In this document: positions 29,814 through 40,843 of the stretch, in pieces
Layout of the letters: each line of letters starts with the position of its first letter
Position numbering within the stretch: position 1 is the first letter of the stretch
NCBI GenBank assembly: GCA_965205015.1
Contig: OZ242029.1
Coordinates: 2,528,001 to 2,592,000, forward strand
Reading direction: 5' to 3'
Source: Candidatus Poribacteria bacterium
GTDB lineage: Bacteria; Poribacteria; WGA-4E; WGA-3G
DNA length: 64,000 bases
Notes under the pieces: generated by a model
The model's input: the letters and a program-made list of their open reading frames with translations, nothing else
Database searches by the model: none
What the model was told of the DNA's origin: nothing
Program-made: the position numbers and the translations under genes

Positions 29814-30843
29814 AAAGCCTTTGACGTACGCCGATGCTGGCGTTTCATTTGAAGCAGAATCCGAGGCGATATCTCGGCTTAAACGCCTTGTTCAAACGAC
29901 CTATCGATCTGAGGTACTCAGTGATGTCGGGAGTTTCGGCGGGCTTTTTGCCCTGAAAACCTATCGAGAACCGGTTCTTGTTTCCAGTACAGATAGCGTT
30001 GGCACAAAACTGAAGGTTGCCTTTAAAGTCGGACGGCACGACACGGTCGGTTTCGATATTGTGGCACATTGCGGCAACGATATCGTCGTGCAGGGAGCAG
30101 AGCCACTCTTCTTTTTGGATTATATCGGCATTAGCAAAGTGGCGCCAGCAGTGATTGAAGATATCATAACCGGTCTCGCCTCGGGATGCAGAGAGATCGG
30201 TTGTGCATTAATCGGCGGTGAAATCGCAGAGCTTTCAGATATCTATACACCCGGTGAATACGACTTAGTGGGGACTATTGTCGGCGCGGTTGAAAAAGCA
30301 GACGTGATTACTGGAGCGAGAATTGCGCTGGGGGATCAACTCATCGGTTTAGGGTCGGCAGGTTTACATACGAACGGTTTTACATTGGCTCGGCGTATTC
30401 TGTTCGACAGGTGTGATTACAGCGTAGACACCTATCTTCCTGAACTCTCTGCAACAGTCGGGGAGGCATTGCTTGCTTGCCACAAAAGTTACGTGAATTC
30501 TATTCTGTCCCTTCGTAAGGTATGCGACATTAAAGGGCTTGCCCATATCACGGGGGGTGGTTTACCCGCAAATATCGCGCGGATTCTACCAGAAGGATGT
30601 ACCGCCTACATTCGGAACGGTGTATGGGAAATTCCGCCCATTTTCCCGTTTCTCCAAGGAAAAGGGGACGTTGAAGCCTCAGAAATGTATAGCGTTTTCA
30701 ATATGGGAATTGGCATGGTCGTGATCGTTGCTCCTGATGCCGTTGATGCTGCGCTGGCGTCTCTCAACGCGTCTGGGGAATCCACGTACCGAATTGGCGA
30801 AATCATCGCGGGGGAAAAGGGGGTACAGGGTGTCCCTGCCTAA
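29803..30843 (+). CDS. purM: Phosphoribosylaminoimidazole synthetase
   Basis: TYADAGV, GAEPLFFLDY, GLHTNG, AHITGGG, FNMGIG. Confidence 0.97.
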   Translation: MAAKKPLTYADAGVSFEAESEAISRLKRLVQTTYRSEVLSDVGSFGGLFALKTYREPVLVSSTDSVGTKLKVAFKVGRHDTVGFDIVAHCGNDIVVQGAEPLFFLDYIGISKVAPAVIEDIITGLASGCREIGCALIGGEIAELSDIYTPGEYDLVGTIVGAVEKADVITGARIALGDQLIGLGSAGLHTNGFTLARRILFDRCDYSVDTYLPELSATVGEALLACHKSYVNSILSLRKVCDIKGLAHITGGGLPANIARILPEGCTAYIRNGVWEIPPIFPFLQGKGDVEASEMYSVFNMGIGMVVIVAPDAVDAALASLNASGESTYRIGEIIAGEKGVQGVPA

Positions 30844-31642
30844 CACAGATTCTCGGAGGGCACACGATGGCGCGCCTCCGCAGCAGACCGCTCCCACCTT
30901 TTTAGACGCGGCGGCTCTGCAAGAACTCCTGGACTTGCTTGACGAAACGCCCGCACAAGTGGCTTTGGCGGCATTCCAAGATGTGGACGATAACGACGCG
31001 GCACTGTTTTTTGTTATGTGTACACACCTAAAAACTGAATCCACAGGAGATGCGCTCGCCACGCATGCTGGAAAACTTTTCGCGCAGCTCCCTTTTGACA
31101 AACAGGTGAGTATTGCTGAGCAGGTGACGATAACAAAGACGGTTGCCTCTGAACACGCCATACAAATTTGGAATGAACAGATTGAGAGGATTAAGGCGGC
31201 AATCCAAGAAACCACCTTCTTGGGGGAAGGTACCGAGAATCTTGCAAAATTGTTATCGTATCTGGACGTAACAGAACAGAACGCATTGCTGGAAGCATTA
31301 GGAGAGAAGCAACCTGGAGTGGTGGATAGCGTTTCTGAACAGTTGTTTACGTTTGAGGACTTGGGGAATTTGGAGAATGAAGCGATCAGAACTATTTTGC
31401 AAGTGTTGGATACACCGACCTTAGCCCTTGCCCTGCACAAGGCACCGCCTGCTATACAGGACCGATTCTTTGAAAATATGTCAGCATCCCAGGCAGAAGC
31501 CGTTGAAGCAGAAACGGCTCAGCTGACATTTGAGCAGACGCAGATAGCGGACACAGCACGCCATTCGGTTGTCAACTTAGTTCGTAACTTTGCAGCAAAA
31601 GGCTTGCTAAAAATTGGACAGTCCACTACTTTTTATCTTTAA
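30830..31642 (+). CDS. FliG C-terminal-domain-like protein
   Basis: LFTFEDL...ILQ...LALAL...FFENMS resembles FliG-C; GTG start inferred. Confidence 0.7.
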   Translation: MSLPNTDSRRAHDGAPPQQTAPTFLDAAALQELLDLLDETPAQVALAAFQDVDDNDAALFFVMCTHLKTESTGDALATHAGKLFAQLPFDKQVSIAEQVTITKTVASEHAIQIWNEQIERIKAAIQETTFLGEGTENLAKLLSYLDVTEQNALLEALGEKQPGVVDSVSEQLFTFEDLGNLENEAIRTILQVLDTPTLALALHKAPPAIQDRFFENMSASQAEAVEAETAQLTFEQTQIADTARHSVVNLVRNFAAKGLLKIGQSTTFYL

Positions 31643-32582
31643 GCGTAAAGGTGTAAGGTATTTCAACCTGAAGGCTGATTGGGTTTCCGCCTTTTGTCGC
31701 AGGCCGGAAAGTGGTTTTCTTCAACGCCGCGATTGCTGCAGCCTCAAATCCAAATCCGACATCTGTAATCGCGACAATGTCTCTCGGAATGCCCTTCTCA
31801 TCAATAGTTGCCTGCAGGATGACCTGTCCTTCCTTGCCTGCCTTTGAGGCAACTTCGGGATATTTAGGTTCCGCCTTAAATTTGTATTGTGGCCTCACAA
31901 CCCCGGGTTCGCTCTCAAAACTAACACCATCCAACCCGAGGGCTGCATCGGGCGCCTCGGTATCGAGCTTGTCAATCAGTGTTGTTGACTCACGCTGTAT
32001 CTCAAATGCCGCTACCTTTGTATCGGGTTCAACAGTCGTTGTGGGCTGTACAAAATCGCGATTGACATCTATGAGCCTTGGTCCCTCATCGGTGCTGGGT
32101 GTTGTGAGGTCCCCCGTCGTCTCAAGCCCCTGATGGATTGCAAATGCGTCATTTGATAGCGGCTGGTCAGTGATAGTCGTCACAGGTCGTTGAACACGGA
32201 GTTGCTGTTGTTCCTGTTTTGCCTCATTAAACTTCGGTGCTTCCCTACGTATGAACCGGCGTCTGGTTTTTACCTCTTCTGTGACGATACTAATATCAAA
32301 CGTCTCTTGTTCAAATTCGATCCGCTCGGCGATATAGAAGACCCCAATGATAATTGCTATAAGGGCATGAAACACCATCGCAACGACAAACGCGGCGGAA
32401 CTGCGTCCGACGTGTATTTGTGTGATAGGATGCTTTGGCATGTTCGTTTGTGCCGTGGAAATATCGTGCTGCTGGTTGGCATCAAGCGAAACCTTTTTCA
32501 ATGCGACAAAACGTTTCGGTTTTTTACGCTCTGCTCGGCGCTGCTGCATCTGACTGAGCATGCCGGAAGTTCTGCTATTCAT
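31626..32582 (-). CDS. tonB: Energy transducer TonB
   Basis: N-terminal TM with His, YPEVASKAGKEGQV...FRPA C-terminal domain. Confidence 0.85.
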   Translation of the reverse strand: MNSRTSGMLSQMQQRRAERKKPKRFVALKKVSLDANQQHDISTAQTNMPKHPITQIHVGRSSAAFVVAMVFHALIAIIIGVFYIAERIEFEQETFDISIVTEEVKTRRRFIRREAPKFNEAKQEQQQLRVQRPVTTITDQPLSNDAFAIHQGLETTGDLTTPSTDEGPRLIDVNRDFVQPTTTVEPDTKVAAFEIQRESTTLIDKLDTEAPDAALGLDGVSFESEPGVVRPQYKFKAEPKYPEVASKAGKEGQVILQATIDEKGIPRDIVAITDVGFGFEAAAIAALKKTTFRPATKGGNPISLQVEIPYTFTLKDKK

Positions 32583-32799
32583 CTGTTTTTCCTCCTATGA
32601 AACAAAAGAGGGAAGTCTCGGGCTCGACACATTGCTCGCTCGTGTTTCCTATATTAAGAGGTGGGCGAAAGTGCCATTAAAAAAATAGCTAATAATTATC
32701 CACAACTCATGCGTCCTATTTTAGCATAAGCATACTCTAATTATAACACATTTCCAGTTTTGTGTCAATTTTTGTATCAAAGCAGGCTCGTTTCTCGGA

Positions 32800-35061
32800 T
32801 TATGGGTTCCACCAATAGGTCATCTTTGCGACCACTGCCGAATCCAATAAGCGAGATCGAGTGGTGCCGTTCGTATCATACGTTTGATTGAAAACGAAGT
32901 AGAAATCGCTTCCGGGACGATAAATATAATTGATGAGGAAGTTGGTGGAGACAACGTTTGTATCGGCATTCCACTGGGCAAATAGTTTTGCAAAGAGCCC
33001 CGTAGTGAAGGAATAGTCAAATCTACCTCTGAAAAGATTGACGTAAACAGGGCGCGGGTTTCCATCGGTGAAATAGGCTGTGGGCAGGTTAACCACCTGG
33101 TTAAATTGGTACTGGGCACTCACACTAATATGACCGTTCGGTTTAACCGTGGTTTGTATATATGCTCTGCGAACTTCACCTTCGTAGAAATCTTCAAGTC
33201 CACCGCCGAGCGTTGTACTAATCGGACGACTATCACTACTCGAGAGACGTACATGGTATGAGTTAGACGAGTAGTCGCCAATCGGAACCTCTACGCCATC
33301 CCTAAAATCGAAAACATCGTTCAGACGTTCAAAGGTGCGTCTTCCATTAAAAAGGATATAGTCTCCGCTGTCAAATTCGAACCAGTTGGTGTAAGAGATG
33401 TTCCACTCTTCCAATTCGTTGTCGTGATTGAGAATATAGTTGACTTCTGGACCGGTCCAAATTTGTCGGATTCCGAATCTTTGAGGCATAGGGACCCAGC
33501 GCGCCTCACCGCGGAATTGCCGGATACCGGTACGTCTTACATATCCGACGGCGGGGTTAAAATCCTCATCAATGTCGGTATACGAACCTTCCATGCGAAA
33601 ACGATTGCTCCGCCAATTGGAACCGATATACCATGCATTATTTCGTCCAGAGGCGTCGGGTTCAAACGTGCGAGACCACAATCCTCGGACATCCATATTG
33701 TCATTGGGACGGTATTCAAAGTCAAAGCCACCTGCGCGATTATAGTCGCCAATTTCATCTTTATTAACGGCGATCATGCCGATGCGCGAACCCGAGGCGA
33801 TGTCTTTCGTAATTCGCATCACAGAATAATTAGTGCGCGGAATGTCAAGTGGATCATCTTCCGTATCAGCATCATAGAATTCATCTGTTAGAACGTTGAG
33901 GAATCCTACGCCGTAAGAACCGATCTTACCGCTGGTTTTTCCCCCGAAGATAATCGGGATGGCGTTCCCTTCAGCGAGTCCAATCCGGCGGCTGTAGAAA
34001 AGGAGCATCGGTGGGGGGCGGCGGTAGCTGCTCCGCGGTATCCCAAAATCAAAGAGTCCGGCACCCTCCAAAAAGAAGGGACGCTTCTCAGGGAAAAAGA
34101 GGCTAAATCGGGTCAGGTTCACCTGTTCTTCGTCGGCTTCAACTTGTGCGAAGTCGGTGTTATAGGTGACATCTGCAGTGAGGTTTGATGTGATGCCGTA
34201 CTTGACATCGACACCCATCTTGAACTTTCCTGCCGTTTCAAGTCCTGCGTCATTCTCATTAATTTGGGTCACGCCGGGAAGGATATACGGAAGGACCTCT
34301 AAGTTCCGAGAGGGGGCAACGCCTGAGAGTCCCGTCAGTCTTCCGAGGTTAGCAGTTCGGTACTTTGCCATGCCGCCATAGGACGCTGGAACGGGGACCC
34401 AGATCATCTCTTCTTGATTTCGGGCGAGTTCGCGACCGGTATTCATACCCCATACGATCTGATCGCTCTGCTTGAAACGAAGTTGACTAAATGGGATACT
34501 CAGCTCGGACGTCCAATATGTGTCGTTGATTTTCGATTTACATTCTACAACGGCGTCCCAATCCCTGTTGAGCGTGTCCCCACTGTTCGTTACGGCTCTG
34601 TCCTGTATTGCGCCGAGAGCGTTCATACGGAAGAAGAAACCGCTCCGTTTGTCGTCATACGTATCCAATATCAGAAATACGGTGTCGTTTTCGTGCAAGT
34701 CCCGGGAGTCACGACGCATCTCATTGGCGACGAGTTTCGATATCTCCGAATCGAAGCAGGTAAAGCCGAAATAGATATTCTCGTTATCGTAGAGGACCCG
34801 AACCTCCATTGACTCGGAACCGATCTCGCCTTCATAGGGTTCAATCTGCACAAACTGGTCAATTGATTCGGCGTGTTTCCAATCCTCTTCCGTTAAATCA
34901 CCGTCAATCTCAATACTCTCATAAGTGCGATGTGCCTTGATCTGGTAATCGTGCGATTCGGCGTGTACGTTGGTGATAAAGGTATGCAACAGCACAATAA
35001 GGAGTAAATAGGGTGTGACTTTTTGAAATTTTGGTAAAGAAAATAATAGATAGTCGTCCAA
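32800..35061 (-). CDS. CBM9-like/DUF5916 outer-membrane protein
   Basis: IDGDLTEEDW, NTDFAQVEAD, FFPEKRPFFLEG, FYSRRIG, C-terminal KMTYWW. Confidence 0.85.
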   Translation of the reverse strand: MDDYLLFSLPKFQKVTPYLLLIVLLHTFITNVHAESHDYQIKAHRTYESIEIDGDLTEEDWKHAESIDQFVQIEPYEGEIGSESMEVRVLYDNENIYFGFTCFDSEISKLVANEMRRDSRDLHENDTVFLILDTYDDKRSGFFFRMNALGAIQDRAVTNSGDTLNRDWDAVVECKSKINDTYWTSELSIPFSQLRFKQSDQIVWGMNTGRELARNQEEMIWVPVPASYGGMAKYRTANLGRLTGLSGVAPSRNLEVLPYILPGVTQINENDAGLETAGKFKMGVDVKYGITSNLTADVTYNTDFAQVEADEEQVNLTRFSLFFPEKRPFFLEGAGLFDFGIPRSSYRRPPPMLLFYSRRIGLAEGNAIPIIFGGKTSGKIGSYGVGFLNVLTDEFYDADTEDDPLDIPRTNYSVMRITKDIASGSRIGMIAVNKDEIGDYNRAGGFDFEYRPNDNMDVRGLWSRTFEPDASGRNNAWYIGSNWRSNRFRMEGSYTDIDEDFNPAVGYVRRTGIRQFRGEARWVPMPQRFGIRQIWTGPEVNYILNHDNELEEWNISYTNWFEFDSGDYILFNGRRTFERLNDVFDFRDGVEVPIGDYSSNSYHVRLSSSDSRPISTTLGGGLEDFYEGEVRRAYIQTTVKPNGHISVSAQYQFNQVVNLPTAYFTDGNPRPVYVNLFRGRFDYSFTTGLFAKLFAQWNADTNVVSTNFLINYIYRPGSDFYFVFNQTYDTNGTTRSRLLDSAVVAKMTYWWNP

Positions 35062-35166
35062 AGAACGTCGCCTCCTTTTAAAAAAGGGATGTGATTAATA
35101 TTATTATTATTTAAAGACGTAAAAAGAGGCGAATTGGCATATATAAATTTTAATTGAACGGATACA

Positions 35167-37368
35167 TCAGAATTCCAACGTTATTGCAAGGAATGGAATA
35201 ATCGGCAATTGTGAAACGGGTGCCTCTTTTGTAAAGTTCCGACTGTAGCGAACTTCAAGTATGTTGTTGCGGTTATAAACGTTCCATACTTCAAGTGCCA
35301 CCCCCAATTCCCATCCTTGATCCTCTAAATCACCGAACAGTTGCAAGCGGAGACTTAGATCTAACCGATGATAGGGTGCGGTGCGCTTCCATTCTCCGTA
35401 GAGGGGTCGCCACTTTTTTTCCTTAGTGCGGAAGTTCGTGAAAGGCGTACGGCCTACTAAGGGTGCATAAAGGATACCGCTCTGGTATTGCCATTTTGCG
35501 CTTATATCCAATGCGTCGATAAGTGGCACGGAGAAAAGGAATTCTTGGGAAGCACTGTAACTCGTCGCGACAGTTAGGACATGCGGACTGTTGTAAGTAT
35601 AAAATCGATGGAATTCTTTAGGAGAATCGCGGCGTTTGGAGACGGTGTACGCATACGCCACCCACGCATCAAAAGTATCGGTTTCATGCCCTAATGAAAC
35701 TTCAAATCCACGGACAAATCCCGCCTGACCGTTCTGATATTGCTTGTCATCTTTATTGTAGATAATGAGGTCTCGGAGTGTCTTGTAATAACCTGCGATA
35801 TTCATTTGCATATCTAAGGGCAGTGTCTGTTTCAACTCAAGAACATAGTGCGTTGCGAGACTCTGTTCAAGGGCTGCGTTTGATGTTACCCCAAGCACAA
35901 ACTGATCTAATCTCGGGTTCTGTGCATAGCGACCATAATAAAAGGATAGAAATGCGCCCGGTGAAAGACTAAAACCGAGTTGTGCACGGGGCTGAAGGGA
36001 TAGATTATCTGTAAGGTTAAAGTAGCTCGCTCGGATGCCCAAGGTGCCTAAAACTTTAGGGGTAAATAGGTTCTGCCGAGCTTGGAGATATCCCTCTAAA
36101 CGATGGAGGTTTCGGGTCTCAGTGACGTTGACTTTTTTCTGGTTGTGCCAAATTCGGTATTCATAATCAGCATCCCCCTCTTCAACTCTGCGCGCCCCAT
36201 GACTCGTGACGGTTGAAGGGGTGCTTGAAAGTAGGTAGCCGAATTCTACAGCCTCATCCGTATTCTGCGAGGATGTGGTATAAGTGAAATCATTTCGGAG
36301 TGCGTAGACAGAGGCAGCCGTCCGGTAGTAGTACCCTTCACCGAAAGCGAGTTCATTTTCTGTGAACGAACGCGTAAATGAGAGGATAGATCTAAATCGC
36401 GGCAATAGTCGGGAATAGAAATGAATTCCTTGGACATCAAACGGGTTTTCCGAGATCAAGGGACCGTGGAGATCGCTGTCGTGGACTTCATCTGATCCGA
36501 GGTACAATTCGGATGCGTCATACGCTGTGACAGCGTTAAGCACCATTCCATGGGTTTCATTAAGTTTATAAACGCCCTTTAGCTGGTAGCTCCAAAAACG
36601 TGGCGACTCTCGAACCAGATCCTCGATATCTACTAATGTTGCAGCCAACTCGAAAAATGGTTCGAGATAGCTGCGTCTGCCGAAAGCGTACCAATAGCCT
36701 TGCCCGGTTGATGCTACGTTTTCTATGTACTCTTGGTCGGTGTTCGCTGATTTTTCGCGAGGTTCGTTGTCAGGTGGGTCGTCTGCGGGCAGAGCTTTGA
36801 AAGAGAAAGCCCCGCTGAGGAGGGCTTCCGAATAGATGAAACTCGGTTTTAGGGTGCCATCGAGCCGCCCCAAAGACCTTACATTTTTTGGGCGGGAATG
36901 GATATCAATCACCGCCTGTGAGTCCGCGCCGAATTCCGCGCCGAACCCACCTGGATGCACATCCACCTTTCCAATGACTTCGGAACTCACCACTGAGACG
37001 ATACCGAGCAGATGGTACGGGTATCCTAACGGCAATCGATCAAAGTAGTAAAGATTGTCACCGGGTGCCCCACCTCTTATGGAAAGGACCCCCAGGAAAT
37101 CGTTAACTGTACCGACGCTTGGGAGTCGGGCTATCCCGCGAATCGGATCACCGGCACTGCCTGTGGCACGTCTGAGTAAGTCTCCCCTCAACGTCCGTTG
37201 AGGACTTTTTTCAAATCGCTCTGCTTCGACCCTTATCTCTTCTAACGTGGTTACAGGTTGTGATGTCTCATCCTTTGTCGTGTCTGACTCAGTACCATTG
37301 ACTTCATCGGTCTGTCCGAAAGCCCCCGATGGTAATATGAGGATTAGGAGGATTAATATTTGCTTCAA
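35167..37368 (-). CDS. TonB-dependent receptor
   Basis: Plug motif LSIRGG...PYH, C-terminal YHRLDL...NVYNR...EF; start inferred. Confidence 0.85.
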   Translation of the reverse strand: MKQILILLILILPSGAFGQTDEVNGTESDTTKDETSQPVTTLEEIRVEAERFEKSPQRTLRGDLLRRATGSAGDPIRGIARLPSVGTVNDFLGVLSIRGGAPGDNLYYFDRLPLGYPYHLLGIVSVVSSEVIGKVDVHPGGFGAEFGADSQAVIDIHSRPKNVRSLGRLDGTLKPSFIYSEALLSGAFSFKALPADDPPDNEPREKSANTDQEYIENVASTGQGYWYAFGRRSYLEPFFELAATLVDIEDLVRESPRFWSYQLKGVYKLNETHGMVLNAVTAYDASELYLGSDEVHDSDLHGPLISENPFDVQGIHFYSRLLPRFRSILSFTRSFTENELAFGEGYYYRTAASVYALRNDFTYTTSSQNTDEAVEFGYLLSSTPSTVTSHGARRVEEGDADYEYRIWHNQKKVNVTETRNLHRLEGYLQARQNLFTPKVLGTLGIRASYFNLTDNLSLQPRAQLGFSLSPGAFLSFYYGRYAQNPRLDQFVLGVTSNAALEQSLATHYVLELKQTLPLDMQMNIAGYYKTLRDLIIYNKDDKQYQNGQAGFVRGFEVSLGHETDTFDAWVAYAYTVSKRRDSPKEFHRFYTYNSPHVLTVATSYSASQEFLFSVPLIDALDISAKWQYQSGILYAPLVGRTPFTNFRTKEKKWRPLYGEWKRTAPYHRLDLSLRLQLFGDLEDQGWELGVALEVWNVYNRNNILEVRYSRNFTKEAPVSQLPIIPFLAITLEF

Positions 37369-37393
37369 AGTTTTGTCTCCTCGGAAAGAGTTT

Positions 37394-39643
37394 TTAAAAT
37401 TCCGCTGTAATCCCCAGATAAGGGAGGATAGGCAACTGGTTAGCATCTTCTCGCTCTATGTTAACACCTCCCGACTCAATGTCGTCGGTATATCTGTATC
37501 TATAATCAAGTAAATTCTTTCGATTATAGGCGTTGAGGAGTTCCAAGAAGATCCCGAACTTCCATCCTGTAAACTGGAAGGTTTTACTGACACGCAGGTC
37601 CAATCTGTGATAGGGGGGCAATCGGTCGGAATAGGTTTCCGCATAGATAGGGATATAAATAGGTCGTCCGTTCTCTCTCGGGTCGATCCCTTTCGTAGCG
37701 TCTTCAACGGGTGTATAGGGGTTGCCGGTGCGGTACTGCCACTTCGCGCCAATCTCCCATGTAGGCGTGAGGTTGTAGCTCGCGGCGAACGTAGCGACGT
37801 GTGTCTGATCGAAGGAATAGGGGCGATAGGGTTCGCCAGGGCGGTCGCGGCGTTTAGAGAGGGCGTACGCGTAGGAGATCCATGCAAAAAATCTGTCGCT
37901 GCGGCGGTGTCGGAGAAACACCTCGGTACCTTGCGCGTACCCGACACCTTGATTGAGATACCCGGCTTCTTCGTCAACAGTCACCAAGTCGGCAAGGTTT
38001 TTGTAATACGCTGCCATTTTAATTTCTGTATCCTGTGAAAGTTGCTGTTTAAGTTCAAGGATGTAATGACTTGCTTGACTTGATTTCAACGCAGGGTTCC
38101 CGATACTCGGCGAGAGTTGTGGGGGTAGGGGGGTCTGATTGTAAATCCCATAGGCAAATTGGAGTTCAGAACTGTTGGGAAGTTCCACGAGTACACTGCC
38201 GCGCGGCTGGACAGACAGCTGATCAATGCGATTGAAATAATCAAACCGTAGCCCGAACACAACTGACAAAAACGGCAGGACGGTGTATCTGTCTTGCAAA
38301 TAGGCTTCGAGGCGTTGCCCACGCACAGACTCGTCTAAGTCGACTTTTTCTTCCAACCGGATGTCGTAGTCGGCTTCACCTTCGTCAGGGATCCGAGTGA
38401 AGGTGCCAGAGACTTGTCCGGGTTCAAATCCGAGGATTAACCCGGATTCGAGTCGGTGTTTCGGGTTTAACTCATAAATGAGATCCTCGCGAAGCACATA
38501 GTCGGGTGCATCAATTTCAAGTGAAAGTGTTGGGCCGAAATTGACATCGAATAGGAATTTTGAACGGGTCAGCGATAGATAGGAGGTGAGCCGTTCCGTC
38601 AGAAAGGAGCGGAGATGGATGCCTGCTCCCTCGAAACCGCTTTCAAAACTTGCGTTTCCTTGAAAATCTGTGTCTACGTTTTCACCATCGAGTTTCAGGG
38701 CGAACCGATCCCCAGAAGCAAAGATATTAAAAAAGAGTTGGTGCTTTTCGTTGAAGTCGTAGCCGGCCTTTAGTTGGTAGTCCCAGAAACGCGGAAAAGC
38801 CGTGATGGCTCCCGTCTCAAATGAAAAGGATCCGATGAAAAGGTCGATGTAACTCCTACGTCCCGCTGCATACCAGTAGCCTTTTTCGCCGACCTTGCCT
38901 TGAAGCAATCCCTCTGAGAAGAGGAGATTGAGATTAAATTTTCCGCGTAAATCTGCTGGACTGTTGTCTTGGGAATAGATATCAATTACGGCTTGAGAAT
39001 CGACACCGTACTCCGCGCCGTAGCCGCCAGCATAGACATCAATCCGGTCGATGATTTCGGAACTCAGGGATGAGACGATCCCACCGAAGTGGTAGGGGTA
39101 CCCGACAGGCACTCGATCGAAATAGTAGAGGTTGTCTTCATCGGAACCGCCGCGGATATAGAGGGCACCGCTAAAATCGTTTGCGACACCGATACCGGGA
39201 ATCGCTGGCAGCGCGCGAAGGGCATCACCGGCTGTACCGGGGAGGCGTGTAATTTCTTGTGCCTGAAGGCTTTTTTTACTGACAGTCTTCGGGGCAGTTT
39301 CGCCGGTTACCTCGACCTCTTCAAGCCGATACTGTGTTGTTTCGACATAGATTTCAGGTGCGAGTGTTTCTTCTGCCTTAATGACAATAGAGGTGCGTTG
39401 CAACACCTCGGTGTCGGGTACCGTGACAATTAAAGTATAGGTTCCTGCGGGAATAGTACTAACAACGAACTTTCCATTTTCATCGGTTTTCTGACGTGTG
39501 TCGATTTCAACGATAAAAACTTCTGCGCCTGCTAATGGTTCTTTCGTACTGTTGTTATAGACGGTCCCCTGAATTGTTCCTGTCTGAGAAAAGGCAACTG
39601 CCGGCATCCAAAATACCATCAGTAGGCAAAAAAATTTCTTCAT
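37394..39643 (-). CDS. TonB-dependent receptor with carboxypeptidase-regulatory-like N-domain
   Basis: Signal peptide, GTIQGTV...PLAGA, LYIRGG plug, C-terminal AEF. Confidence 0.9.
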   Translation of the reverse strand: MKKFFCLLMVFWMPAVAFSQTGTIQGTVYNNSTKEPLAGAEVFIVEIDTRQKTDENGKFVVSTIPAGTYTLIVTVPDTEVLQRTSIVIKAEETLAPEIYVETTQYRLEEVEVTGETAPKTVSKKSLQAQEITRLPGTAGDALRALPAIPGIGVANDFSGALYIRGGSDEDNLYYFDRVPVGYPYHFGGIVSSLSSEIIDRIDVYAGGYGAEYGVDSQAVIDIYSQDNSPADLRGKFNLNLLFSEGLLQGKVGEKGYWYAAGRRSYIDLFIGSFSFETGAITAFPRFWDYQLKAGYDFNEKHQLFFNIFASGDRFALKLDGENVDTDFQGNASFESGFEGAGIHLRSFLTERLTSYLSLTRSKFLFDVNFGPTLSLEIDAPDYVLREDLIYELNPKHRLESGLILGFEPGQVSGTFTRIPDEGEADYDIRLEEKVDLDESVRGQRLEAYLQDRYTVLPFLSVVFGLRFDYFNRIDQLSVQPRGSVLVELPNSSELQFAYGIYNQTPLPPQLSPSIGNPALKSSQASHYILELKQQLSQDTEIKMAAYYKNLADLVTVDEEAGYLNQGVGYAQGTEVFLRHRRSDRFFAWISYAYALSKRRDRPGEPYRPYSFDQTHVATFAASYNLTPTWEIGAKWQYRTGNPYTPVEDATKGIDPRENGRPIYIPIYAETYSDRLPPYHRLDLRVSKTFQFTGWKFGIFLELLNAYNRKNLLDYRYRYTDDIESGGVNIEREDANQLPILPYLGITAEF

Positions 39644-39787
39644 GAAAATTGGCAACTCCTATCCTAATCGTTTAAGAAAATTGTATGTGATGTGTTTTAG
39701 AAGTATACAATTTTTCTCTGGAGAATTGCCAAAGAAATGTAAGATTTTTCGTTTTTTGGAGAGGATGCGTATCCAATTTTCAGACTC

Positions 39788-39809
39788 GGTACGGTTGGGA
39801 AACCGCACC
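39788..39809. repeat. REP-like hairpin
   Basis: GGTACGGTTGGGAAACCGCACC; related to 55508-55529. Confidence 0.55.
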
Positions 39810-39900
39810 TCCCTTGATTGGGAAACGGGCGAGGTCAGGAAAGCGTGCAGCGGATGCAGATGAAGGGCGAGCCGCGTTGCCCGCCCATTGGGTTTTCATG

Positions 39901-40749
39901 TTAGCGGGCGACTGCGTCAGAACCGAGGTTTTCCTGAATCCATGCGCGAAGTGGGACATCCTTTTCACTGGGGGATGTAAAGCCGTGTCCACCAGTGCTT
40001 TTACCCAAAATCTGTTGACGAATTGGGTCAGAGCCTTCCATGTAATGTTCCACGGTCATATCATCGCGTGGCTGCAGCCAGCGGTAACTGTAGCCGTAAA
40101 ACAACACTTTTCGAGTGATGTCGGAGCTATTCCGTCCTACGGCATGCCAGAGCCTGCGATCGAAAAAGACGGCTGTTCCCGGTTTAGCAAATACGGATAT
40201 CGCCCCGTCGGGATCCGCCGTAGGGTCATCGGGCATTTCTAATGTATTCGATTTTTGACTCCCCGGCACTACAGAGAAATTACCGCGTCCCGGCACGGAT
40301 GTGTCGGTGAGGAAAAATGCCACTTTCAACGATATCCGTGGTCGCGGCTCGCCCTCCAATTCAAAATTGAGCCTTCCGCTGTCTTGGTGCCAACCGAGGC
40401 GTTGGGTTTTATCGCGCTCTTCTGGGGGCAGCGGCGGTAGCACAATCAGATGTGAATGGTAAAGTTTGATGTTCCACCCCAAAATTCCCCAGACTTTCGG
40501 AAAGGTTGTGTGCCAATCGAGCAGCTCGATGAAGCTATCGTCTCTGCCGACAAAATCGAGGAGGTTGAAACGTGCATCGGACGGAAGTTCCTCTTTGCCC
40601 AGATGCTCTGCCCCGACTCGGTCAACAGCGGCGACCAACTTATCAACCATCTCCTGTGGGATGGCATCCTCAACCGCGAAGAAACCGTTGTCTTCAAATT
40701 GCTGTTTTTCTGTTTCGGTCAAACAGTGTTCCAAACATAGCGAGTCCAT
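39901..40749 (-). CDS. Phytanoyl-CoA dioxygenase family protein
   Basis: WHQD, VVPGS, PGTAVFFDRRLWH. Confidence 0.88.
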   Translation of the reverse strand: MDSLCLEHCLTETEKQQFEDNGFFAVEDAIPQEMVDKLVAAVDRVGAEHLGKEELPSDARFNLLDFVGRDDSFIELLDWHTTFPKVWGILGWNIKLYHSHLIVLPPLPPEERDKTQRLGWHQDSGRLNFELEGEPRPRISLKVAFFLTDTSVPGRGNFSVVPGSQKSNTLEMPDDPTADPDGAISVFAKPGTAVFFDRRLWHAVGRNSSDITRKVLFYGYSYRWLQPRDDMTVEHYMEGSDPIRQQILGKSTGGHGFTSPSEKDVPLRAWIQENLGSDAVAR

Positions 40750-40843
40750 TTTTCTCCCCTTATAGAAGCGACCTTCGGTCGCGATGCTTGAGTTTGCATA
40801 AGTTTACACTGAATCTAAATTTTGGTCAACAGGAAAAATACCT

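Noticed and set aside
35888-35903. CCCAAGCACAAAC as another copy of the 19-nt micro-insert
   Set aside because: Partial match inside normal coding sequence with no hairpin context; likely chance.
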